Assembly: GCA_012295275.1 (NCBI GenBank)
Contig: CM022668.1
Span: 16,667,580-16,731,579, forward strand
Reading direction: 5' to 3'
Length of the DNA stretch: 64,000 nt
Origin: Chrysomallon squamiferum
Taxonomy: Eukaryota > Animalia > Mollusca
Positions within the stretch are counted from its first letter, which is position 1. Each line of letters begins with the position of its first letter. Below, piece by piece: positions 31,445 through 43,841 of this stretch. The position numbers and the translations under genes are program-made. The notes beneath the pieces were generated by a model, which was given only the letters and a program-made list of their open reading frames with translations, was not told where the DNA came from and ran no database searches.

Positions 31445-34346
31445 CTGTAATAACATAAATCTTATTTGTTAAACTACTTTATAAATAACTTTCAAACTTT
31501 TAAAAAATATTGATGTTTTACTTTATGGAAAGGTGTCATTACTGCATTAATTTGTATATTGTATATTCTGAAGTAACAAATGACTAATTAACAAAATGCA
31601 TAAATAAATAAACTATTTGTTGAATAAGTGGATGAAAAAATCCCCATATAGAACATAAACTTTCTAGTAGTTTAATTAATCTTCAGTCAACATCGGTGAC
31701 ATTTGTATGTTTTATTTTAAGGGCATACAATGTGCATTTAGTAAAATATACCAGAATACAATCTCATATTGTTGACTCCAAATACATATTATATAAAGTG
31801 GATTTCAAATTTTGCAGAAACTGACATGAACATACAATTATTATAGTTACTTAAATTAAGGGGTGTTCTAGTGTGTTTTTAACAAACTTTGATATGAACA
31901 GAAGTATTTTTAGTCTTTTTTGACTTCAGATGCATTTTTCTCTTTATGTACTAAAGATGTGTGTCTGACTTACGTTTTGTGAGGAAATCCTCGGCAAACA
32001 TAAGCAGAGTTTCGTAACAGAATCTTAGCTGTTCCGGTGTCTGAATCATGTTTTTACGTTTCTGCATGAGTCGCTGAGCCATGACCTGAACATCAATCAT
32101 CCCACTGCCATGTAACATCTCCTGCATCCCTGTGTAGATGAGAAGAAAAGCTCCACTCCTACCCACTCCACTTCTAAACATTCAATAAATAAAAACACAT
32201 GTAACATCCTCCCCATCTGTAACATTTCAGTACAGTGTTAAAAACATAAGTTGAAGTCATGTCAGAATAAAGATAATTAGAATAGGAGAATTATTGTGGT
32301 AAATTATACATATCAACATAATCACCTTTCGTTTTTAATATATTTTGAAAATATAAATTAATTCCTATTTTAGAAGAGGAAAAACGAAAGCTCTTCGGTG
32401 ATTAAAGTGGAGTTGTTTAAGTTTCTTTACAAATGTATGAGAAACACTGATATATTATATAAATAATTTGAACATTTTATGTTCACATAGTAACATTTGT
32501 AAGAAAAACTAATCTCTGTATAATCAATTTACAACCTGTGTATCACACTCAAGACAAATCTGTGCTCTGTCTACGAAAGTACTTTCAAAGTAATGACATT
32601 GATTTTTTATTAATATTGTTCAAAATAAAAGTAAATCTCAACATACCCACAGTGGACCATGACAGGTTTCATTAAACTTCTCTGCTGTTTGTAAAAACTG
32701 TGAGTCTCGATGATAAACTTTATCACATGATTGCGATTCTCAGGAAAACCACTGAAATAAAAAAAAAAACAGTCAGCTGTAACCTACATAAAGAATAAAC
32801 TCCAAAGACAAACTCAATATATATATAAAAAATAATAATAATAATTTGAAGTATACAAACTTTAAGAATAAAATAAATTTGAAATACACAAACTAAGACT
32901 GAAATACATTTGAAATCCACAAACTAAGAATAAAATAAATTTGATATACACAAATTAAGAATAAAATAAATTTGAAATACACAAACTAAGAATAAAATAA
33001 ATTTTATATACACATATTAAGAATAAAATACATTTGAAATAAACAAACTAAGAATAAAATAAATTTGTAACACAAATTAAGAATAAAATAAATTTGAAAT
33101 ACACAAACTAAGAATAATGATTATTTGAATGACACAAACTAAGAATAAAATATACTTGAAATACTAAAAACAAAAAACAAACAAAGAACAAAATAATCCC
33201 AGCAGTGATCTGTGCCTCTCATTACAATATTATGTAAACTTTGGATGGTAATTACTAGTAAAGTATAATTTAAATTACAGCTATAAACTATTTAAAGTGC
33301 AACAGCAGCTGTAAGAATAAATGGTCAGTTAAAATTCTTTACATCTCTAAGTTAGTTTTATTCATTTGCATGACCTAACATCCCTCATAACTTAGCATTG
33401 ACACAAAATAATTTTTTACAAAACACTTGAATGACTTTATTTTAACCCTTTGTACCTTGAATCGTAATGTTTTCAGATACATGGAAGGTATATTTTTCTG
33501 ATACTAGACTGATCAGCCCTGTGATTAATCATATTATGATTAGAGAAATACACCAGTTATTTTTAAACTGTAGTATTTGGTTGTTCAATATTAATTAATG
33601 GCAGAAGACAAAAAATACATTGGGAAAATGCCAAACAAATTTAAAGTTTTTAAAATCTTTGCTGATGCACTTTAATTTGTCTTTGTTACCTGACAGGCCA
33701 GTTCTTGTACTGTAAATGAACCACAGTTCTTGCTTGTTTTGTCTGAAATTAGAGAATAAAAAACCAGATAAAGTAATTTAATACTGCAGAACATCTTTCT
33801 GAGAAACTATACAATATTTAACAGGACTGACATTAAATATATTGTGATAATTTGGTCATTCTATCTGTATATTAATTACTTACCTCAGATAAATTAACAT
33901 TTAAAACACCTCATGTGAGTGTAAATCTGTTATTGAAATTAAATACACAGTAACGATTTCCATTTTTTATCTCTGAAAGTTATGACATGAGATAAATTAT
34001 ATTTAAAACAGGTGATAGACAATAACTTCTCTCATTTCCAGTTTATAGCACTATGTTATTTTTTTTTTTTACACATTGTAGTTGAAATAACTGACAATAA
34101 AATAATATTGTTAGAAATAATGAAAGTGTACCTCTGAGTGTTTTAGGTAGATGATTCTCTCTGTCCACAGCTCTTTGTACTTGACACTCTGCAGTGTCAA
34201 AACCACTGGACCGTGTTCTACAGGTTTGCTCTTCTCCGTAGGCCAGTAACACGGAAATTTCTAGTAAAAATTAAAATTAATAATAATAATTACAACAACA
34301 AGAAAAATAACAACAACAACAACAACAACAAAAATAATAGTAATAA

Positions 34347-34378
<32 letters not shown>

Positions 34379-34543
34379 ATAGTATTAATAGTAATGATAA
34401 TAATGACAGTAATCATAACAGTACTAGTAGTAATAATAATGATAATAACACTTAACAGTAATAGCAGTAGCACTAGTAATAATAATAATAAAATTAGTGA
34501 AGCTAACTAATACAACCAAAGAAAGAAATGATGAAAACCTAAC

Positions 34544-34574
<31 letters not shown>

Positions 34575-36664
34575 ATAATAAAACATCTACTCTCATAGTT
34601 AAACCCTGTATTATTACTACTACTAATTAGTTATAGAAAAAACAACAAAAAAAAACACCATTATTACTGGTGTTAACAACCTTTCCTGTTTCATATTCAC
34701 TAGTGATCATGACAATCACTTCCACACCCTGTTCATGAACCATGACCCAGAAATCATTGACTGTGACTGGAATGGGAAACTGGGTTGCAATGAACTTAGG
34801 ACATGATGGAGCCAGATCCTAAATATGAAAAACAATAAAAATTAAAAAATATATGTGTACACGTACACACACACAAGATAAGGCCATGATTATATTTATA
34901 TCAGAAAAGTTATACAGATATTTTAATTAATGTTTTTCCTCTTTCATAGATTAAACTATGATTTTACTTTTATATCTTTTGTTTTTCATATTCAGGATCA
35001 GGATCTATTTTTTATGGGTTAAACTAATGATTTCATACTTATTTCATTAAGGCATTCAATTATTTATTTATTTTGAATGTATTTCTTGTTTTAAACCTAA
35101 GTATAAGTTATTTCATTATTATTTTTGTTATGTATGTACATATATAACTACTCATAAGTGTTTAAATAAAAAATAAAAAAAGACTACAGCATAAAATTTA
35201 GAGTCAAATACAAACACATATTCACGATGACAAAGTGAGAACTTACATTTATCCAGCTAGCATTGATATAGTCATCTTTCAGTGTTGTCAACATAACTCT
35301 AGTCTCGTCATCTGTAAATAACACACAAAATATAATTTATCTTTTTAAATAAAATATTCATTAAGTTATTAAGTTGTAATTGTATGTAATGTAAAACTCT
35401 GACAATGAGTTACGTCTGTTTGATCTATTCTCTCTAATCTTGTGGTAACCGCTCAGGTGTTGGAGTCAGTCGAGACGAGTCCAGTTGTCACAAACAGTTT
35501 TTGTCATCATTACAAGAAAAAAATCATAGAACACACATTTTATTAAAACTAGCATTTATCAACTTCTGTGCAAGAAAAAACTTCACAGAACACACATTTT
35601 ATTAAAACTATCATTTATCAACTTCTGTAGAACACACATTTTATTAGCAAAACTTCAATGCAAGAAAAAACTCAGAACATTTTAAAACTAGCATTTATCA
35701 ACTTCTGTGTAAGAAACTAGCATTTATCAGCTTCTGTGTAAGAAAAAACTTCATAGAACATACATTTTATTAAAACTAGCATTTATCAGCTTCTGTGTAA
35801 GAAAAATCTTCATCAAACATACATTTTATTAAAACAAGCATTTATCAGCTCCTCTGTAAGAAAAATCTTCATCAAACATATATTTTATTAAAACAACCAT
35901 TACTCAACTTCTATGTAATAAATAACTACATCAAAAAAGTTAACAAAGAAGTTATAAATTATATCTATTTGATTTACTATTTTTATCACAATCTATAGAA
36001 GTTTTAACATGGAAGTTAAGTTATAAACATTTTAAACTGTTTTTGTATCTGTTTTTTAAATTAATACCTTCATGATTTGACTTTCCTTGTATCAGCAGTG
36101 ACAACCAAATCGATCACTTAGTCATCAGTCCAGATCTTATCATCTACTTTAATTTTAGTTGAAAATAACACCTGTCTCAACACTGAAGAGGCTGAGGAAT
36201 TAAATGAACATGAAAATGAGTTTGAAAGAAAAAAAGGATTTTGACTCAACTTACATGGCATGATGTCTGGGTCTCGGTTTTTCATTGGGTAACATCTTGC
36301 TATGGCTATGGAATGTTTCTTACTACAGTGGTCCTGACTTTCTACAAGTTCCTATAATCAATTAACAAGCAATTTCTCAATAACATCTCAGTTTTATTTC
36401 TGAATTTGAGCAAAATAAACATTAAAATTATGCATGAAAGACATAAAACACTTAAATTTAATTTCTACTCGGTTTCTAAATACTTCTACAAGTAATTAAT
36501 ATTATTAAAAATATTATGTGCTTCCAAACTTTTAAGAAACAAACTTCATAATTTGTTCCTTTAAAGAACTATAAATCCTGTTTGACTGTTTATGGCTAAA
36601 AAAAATTATTAATAGTTCAGAAAACATTCTCATGGAAATGGAAGAACCAATAATAATAATAATA

Positions 36665-36718
<54 letters not shown>

Positions 36719-39700
36719 TAATGTACATTATATTTTGAACAAAAGAAAAGACATTAATGATTGTGTCATTAATTTTTTTAAATATGATTTTAAAATGTTT
36801 ACCTTCCATAAAAGATCCAGTTTTGTCTGACCAAATACATTGGTCATTCCAAGTTCATCAACAGTTTTGCCAAAAGCTTCCACTGCTGCCACAAACTGGT
36901 TCAGCTGAGAGCCTGTAGGGTAAGGATCTTTTGGACTCTCAAAGAATTCCTTATTCTTCTTTGCTTCTTCCTTCTGCTGCTGAATCTCCTGTGCAGTCAA
37001 GATTTTAGGAGCAATCTGAGGAGCAGGAATAGCAGACTCCTTTATGCTGTCAGGACTAGATGAAAGGAGTTCATCCAGTGAAGAACTTTGTCTAGAGAGA
37101 CTGAAGGAGACAGGAACATCTGCTGAACCTGCTGGCTTGAATGAATCCTGACTTTGTTTTGACTGTGAACTTCCTGATGTTGTTGATGTATAAGAACCTG
37201 AGGCCTGCTGTGGCTGCAGTTGTTGTTGGGACTGTTGTTGTGGTTTTAGCTGTTGTTGCTGAGTCTGCTGTTGTATTCCTACAGGAGCTTGTTGTGGAAA
37301 CTGAGAACTGAAAGAAGCTGGAGAGTTCACTGCTGACTGAGAAGTAATTTGTGTTGGTTGTAGAACTGTCTGGAAAGATGTTGGTATTTGTTGTGGTTGA
37401 TTTGTGTACTGGTGTGCTGGCTGACTGAACTGTCCTGTTCGTTGAATGTGAGGGACTTGATGTGTCTGGTTTGTTGTGCACTGTGAAGTGGACATCTGAC
37501 TCTGAACAGGAGGCTGAGTTGCAGGCGCTGCTGGTTTGTTCTGGAATGTTTGGTTTGGAGTTGGCTGATAAAACCCTGCAGGACAAACTTGCTGGATCAC
37601 TGGCTTATAGCCTGGAGCTACGTTTCCTGCAAACTGCTGAGTAGACTGGTAAGGCTGCTGGTAAGGCTGTTGGTAAGGCTGCTGGTAAGAAACTGAAGAA
37701 ATTACTTGTGCCTGAGTCACTGGTGGTCCCCGATTTGGAGAATTTGGAACATAAGAATTGGAATTGTAAATGGGCATATTCTGACTTGGATTTACAGACA
37801 CTTGGGGAATCACCTGACCTGGTCTCTGAAGTTGTGGATTATAACAAGACTGACTGGGTGGTAACTGTGTCCATGTTCTAGCTGTCTGTGGTTGATTCTG
37901 TTGGCAACTCTGCTGATGAGGGATGTTACTCCCCATCACCACCTGATTTGGCATCTGATTTCCTGCTACATTCTGATAGTTACACTGTCCAAAAGCAGAT
38001 CCATAAGCAGATGAGACTACATTGTTTTGGTTGTACTGTCTATAAGCTTGCTGATTCTGTGGTGCAGGCTGGACATTTTGAGAAATACCAGCATATTGTT
38101 GACCACCAGGGGGTTGTTGTGTAACAGATGTCTGTGCTTGCACTTGGTAAGGCTTTGAAGCTAAGGATGTTACTGTGCACAAGCTGGTGACTTGATTAAC
38201 TACTGGAAACTGGTTTTGTTGTTGGATGTTTGGTTGTACAGGTTGTTGTGGTTGTTGTACTGGTGGTTGTAGTTGTTGTCCAGATTGTGTTTGTTGTACT
38301 GGTGGTTGTGGTTGTTGTCCAGATTGTTGTGTTTGTTGTACTGGTTGTTGTGTTTGTTGTACAGATTGTTGTGTTTGTTGTACTGGTGGTTGTGTTTGTT
38401 GGTTGTGTTTGTTGTACTGGTTGTTGTGTTTGTTGTACAGATTGTTGTGTTTGTTGTACTGGTGGTTGTGGTTGTTGTCCAGATTGTTGTACATGTGGTT
38501 GTATTTGCTGTATGGGTAGTTGTTGTACAGGTAGTTGTGTTTGTTGTCCAGGTTGCTGTGTTTGTTGTATGGGTGGCTGCTGGTAAGAGACTTGAGAACT
38601 GGTTTGTGATGTGTATATCTGCTGCTGATATCCGTGTGGGATCTGTATAGACTGTATGTTGTAGTATCCTGTGTTGAGACTGGCACGAGTACTGACTGGG
38701 ACACTAGCTACTGGTCCAGGAAGAGTAGTCTGCTTGGTCTGCTGACTGTAAGTATTTGACACAGCTGTTTGATAAGATTTTGCTGTCTGGATACCAGTGA
38801 CTGCCTGTTGATACTGATTTCCTTCCTGACTCTGAGACAACGAAGGCTGAGTTGGAACAACTGACTGCTGTTGTGATCGAGGTTGTTGATATTGCTGCTG
38901 AGGCTGTTGATACTGCAGTGGCTGTTGTTGAGGATGTTGATATTGCTGTTGTTGTGGATGTTGATATTGCTGCTGAGGTGGATACTGTTGAGACATTTGC
39001 TGAATGTAGACTTTGTCTGTTCCTCCAGTGTAGTTGTGTTGATGTGAACTCTGATCATTAGGAGATTCTTTCACTGGGGAAATCACTGGAGTCACTACAG
39101 AAGACACTGTGCTTGTGCTGTCTTGTCTCACATTCTGCAGAGGAACATGGGGATTAGGAACTGTCTGTGGATGAGAGGTCTGGTTTCTGAGTGACATTGC
39201 AGCAACATCTGGCATCTGATTCACAGGAGGCCTGACCAATTGCCCTACAGTATTCTGTCCTGGACTGTAATAACCTTGTGATGCATCAGACTTACCAGAA
39301 TCAGGATACTCCTGTTCATGTTTCGTCTTGCTGTAGAACTCAGGAGGCAGTTTGGCTAACTGTGCAGCTATTTCAGGAGGTAGGTTAGCTGTGAATTCTG
39401 TCTGACTTGATGGAGAACTCCCAGGTGCAAATGTAGGCTGCTGGTGTATGTCAGGGATAGAAGTATCACTTCCCATTTTCTTAAAAAAGCCTTGTGGCAA
39501 TTTAGCAAGCTGAGCAGTTAACTGTGGAGGTAAATCTTGATCAGGCTGTTGACTGGTCAAAGGCGGGTCCACAGAATGACCACCCTCAGGACAACCAGAT
39601 GCAAGACAGCTCTGAGGTAATAAATCGGGTCCTGGTAGAGGACTGCCAGCCTTAGGACCAAATGTTGCTGGTTTCATGAAAGGGAGATAATCTTTCAGTC

Positions 39701-42700
39701 TAGGGCCATCAAACGCAGGCAATGTTGGCTGTGCAGGAGACGCACCTTGTGACTTTGTCTCACCTGCAGGCTTTGGAGCAGTTGGACGAGATGGAGGTGG
39801 ATCTAAATTAAAATATAAATTGAAGATTATTTATTTATTTCCCAGGTCTAACTAAAGTCTATCTATAAGTGTAGTTACATAAAAAATGATTTCATTATTG
39901 TTATTTTTAAACTACGCAATTAGTTAAATTAGATTAATCAGCACTGATACAATTTAGTGTATTTAGTTGAAAAAAAATCTCTTAAGCCTGCAGTATGTAT
40001 TTTTCTGTATTATGTATATGGTCTAAAATCAAATATTTCTAAATCCTAACAGAAACTTTCTCATATAATATTATCAAATAAAATGAAAGACATAAAATTG
40101 TTTAACAAAAGATTTACTTAAACAGCTGTGAAATGTTATTAAATATGAACAGACAAAAGCTTAATAAAACAACACAAACCTTTTGGAGCAAACCTGGCTA
40201 TAATCTGATCTCTCTCCTCTTTCTGCACCTTGCACACACTTCTACATCTCTGCAGCAGTCGACTGACATTTTCCTCCAGCTTCTTGTAATACTCAAGTCC
40301 CTCAACTGACTTGGCCAGCAGATCTTCATACACCTCGTATGATGTCATCAACTGTTTTATTATACGCTCTCGTCTGAAAGTCAAAGCAGTCGTTGTTGAT
40401 TACAGCAGTCTTCAAAGCAATAAAGTGACATTAAAATGTACTGCTGTTACAGTGATAAGGTGTTTCATAAGCCTAAACAACCACCTGGATTGTGCGCTAT
40501 AGTTAATCTCATCACAATCACATATAATTATTTAATTTTTTAAATAATTATTTAATAATTATTTAATAATTCTGTATTGACCTTAAAATATTTTAAATTA
40601 TTAAAGGTGTCTAATTTATTATAATGAAGTACCTAAAATAATGCTACTACTAATAATAAAAATAATAAAAATATAAATAAATCTGTTTAAATTTCATGAA
40701 GCAAAAAATTCAGTCTAACAGATAACCACATTAAAAAGGAATTTTTTTATACCTAGCAGTTGATTCATTAACTGCTTTCCTAATTGTAGCATATCTGGCA
40801 TTGTAATCTGTTAATGCTCGTAGTATATTGTCCTGTGCCATGAGATTCTGTCCAATGAGGTTGACCAATGAGTTGTGTTTTTTTAATTGTTCACTGAATA
40901 TCACCTGCAACAAATATTATTTGATTTAGTAAAGGTATACACAACAAGCACAATTTAAACATACATATATTTATAACTTCCTTATTCTGCTTTCTTCATT
41001 CACATTTATCTTTCTGTCACTCTTTCCCAACTCGTTCATGCATGATAAAAAAAAACTATTTTATAAATGCTGCTGATATAGTAAAATTTAACGTATACAA
41101 TGACTAATATATATGTATATATATATACACCTCCTTTGGGTCATTTTTCTGTGTAACAAGAACATTGGTTATGTCATCGTTCTGGAGATTATCTCGTAAC
41201 TGGTCAAGAAATGACTGTCGCTGGCTCTTCATTTCATCTATTTTAGACAACAGTCTTCTCAGTTCCTGAATTACTGCTTCATCCTCTGGATCTGTTAACA
41301 ATAAATGTTGGTATAACACTTTGATACACAACTAAATAGAAAGATTGTTAACCCTTTTAACAATAAATACTCTGGTAACAACTGGGATGTTTGTTAACCA
41401 TAGAGAAAACTTACCATGCTCCACCCTTTCATGTTCCTAACCACAGAACTATAATCCATGCTTAAATTTAGGATTAAAGTTTTTTTATCACAAATACCCT
41501 TTTACTTTGTAGAAGCAAACTAAGAAAAAAATGATCATTTATGCTAATTTGTTTGCTTTATGTCTGTGAAATGGTTAAGTAAAACAAAAACACTTACAGA
41601 ATTATGATATCAATAGTCTACAAACACATTTTCTGGAAAAGGTTTCTCAAAGCTAATTTATGAAAAATAAGAATAAAACAAAAGATTAAATTACTTTTTG
41701 CTGGTTCAGCATTGGGCAGAGCTTTCTGCAGCTGTTCTGGGGGTCCAGCAAGAAGTTTCAGATTCATGATGTGATTACTCATAGCTTGGTGTAAACTCTT
41801 GTTTGACTCACTGCCCTGTTTGTGCTTCTCCAAGTGGGCTTCACACTCTTTCTTCATCTCATCCAAAACTATGTTTGGTGTTTTCTTACCAAACAGTTTC
41901 TAAAAGAATCAAATCAAACATCTTCTCTGAACAGTAATTTATTAATAAGTCAGAGATAATAAAATCCTGTATTCAATTTATTACTTCTGCTCTTTCTTAC
42001 AACTAATCATCTAATGTTGTACTTAATTTAGCTGATTTAATACTGCAACAATTACTCCTAAGGTTCGGAGACAACAGACAATATCAAGACACTAACTTTT
42101 CATATATATATATATATATATATATATCTCTCTCTCTCTCGCACGCACACAAAGCTTAGAAAAGAAATATTTATGTTTAACTGTATTTATACATGCCAGA
42201 TGAATGTAACTGATTGTGCTGTATTTTCATTTCAGAATTCTAATAACAAAATATTTTATCAAAGAGAATTACCTCATACTCTTCCTGTTGTCTGAATTCT
42301 TCATCCAGCAATTCCAGTATCTGTTTGATGTTCATTTCCACATCCACAGCAATGTTTGATACAGCTGATTTTTTTTGTAAAATAATTAGATATAATGTCA
42401 TAAATAATGAATAACTGATTTAGTCATAAAAATTTAGCAAGAATCTTCACTGATAAATGTATTATCAAATATTTTACAGTCATAAATTAACAGTAAACGA
42501 TACAAAATTGTTAATCAAAATACAGGTTTGAATTGTTTTATCCAACTTTTTATACAGCTTATACAAACAGTTTACAGGATTTTAATGTAATATTTTTAAT
42601 AATTTATACATAAAATAAAGTTTGTGTATGCAAAACAATCTCAAAATTATAAGATATTACTATTTCTGCTGCTCAGAAAAAATGATGGATTTTGGAGATT

Positions 42701-43782
42701 TTCAGATTTTTGAATTTATGTTAATGGATCCTCAGGATTTACTTTCAGATTAACTAGTTTGGTTTTCTACACAGTATAAATAAAACTGTTTGTAGATTCA
42801 CCTGACATGGAATCTGTGAGCTCTCTGATGGTGTTTTTTCGAACACTCATTGCTGCACATTTCTCAAGTAGTTCTTGTGGTAACCGCTCAGGTGTTGGAG
42901 TCAGTCGAGACGAGTCCAGTTGTAATGATGACAAAAACTGTCTGTGACAAGAAAAAACTTTATAGAACATACATTTTATTAAAACTAGCATTTATCATCT
43001 TCTGTGTAAGAAAAAACTTCATAGAACATACAATTTATTAAAACTAAGCATTTATCAGCTTCTGTGTAAGAAAAAACTTCATCAACATACATTTTATTTA
43101 ACACAACACTCTTTTAATGAGGTACTCAGCAATGTTTCAACTTTCAGGATTATGAAATATCAAAAAAAAACCATTTTTCTAGTCATCACAGCTGCATTCA
43201 TTTACAAATAATCTTATGAATGGTTTCTAAAATGCTTTCTGATGTGACTTTTGTATTTTTAAATCAAGCAACCAACACTACTTACTCCAGTTCCACACAC
43301 TTGTTCTCAACATCACTGCTGACACTTCTTAACAGCTTGGCCTTTTCTTCACTGTGAACAAACAATGATATTTATTATCAAAATATACACCCATTAAAAT
43401 TGTTTCAATATTACTATCAGCTGAATGGCAGACAATGATAATCTTTTCAAATGTAACCCATTTACGCTTTGAAAACAGAACATATTTATTCACAAATCAC
43501 TAGTCAGTGGCTGTGAGGGAAACAAACAAATGGAGCACTGACAGGCACTGATTACAAGTTATTTATACATCAGATTAAACAGTTTATAATCAATCAGATG
43601 CACCATTAATACATTTTATAAACTGTTGTTTATTTTAACAGAACTTAATTTAAACAGAATTTTCATTACTTTCTATGTAATGTTATATAGTAGCATCATT
43701 AGTACTACCTTTTATAAAATTTGATTTAATATATACCAAATTTTATAGAACTAAATTTAAACAAGTTTTTTATTATTTCATA

Positions 43783-43841
<59 letters not shown>

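Noticed and set aside
38226-38650. Metallothionein-like Cys-rich ORFs on the plus strand
   Set aside because: Antisense reading of the QQTQQPV coding repeat of PTPN23.
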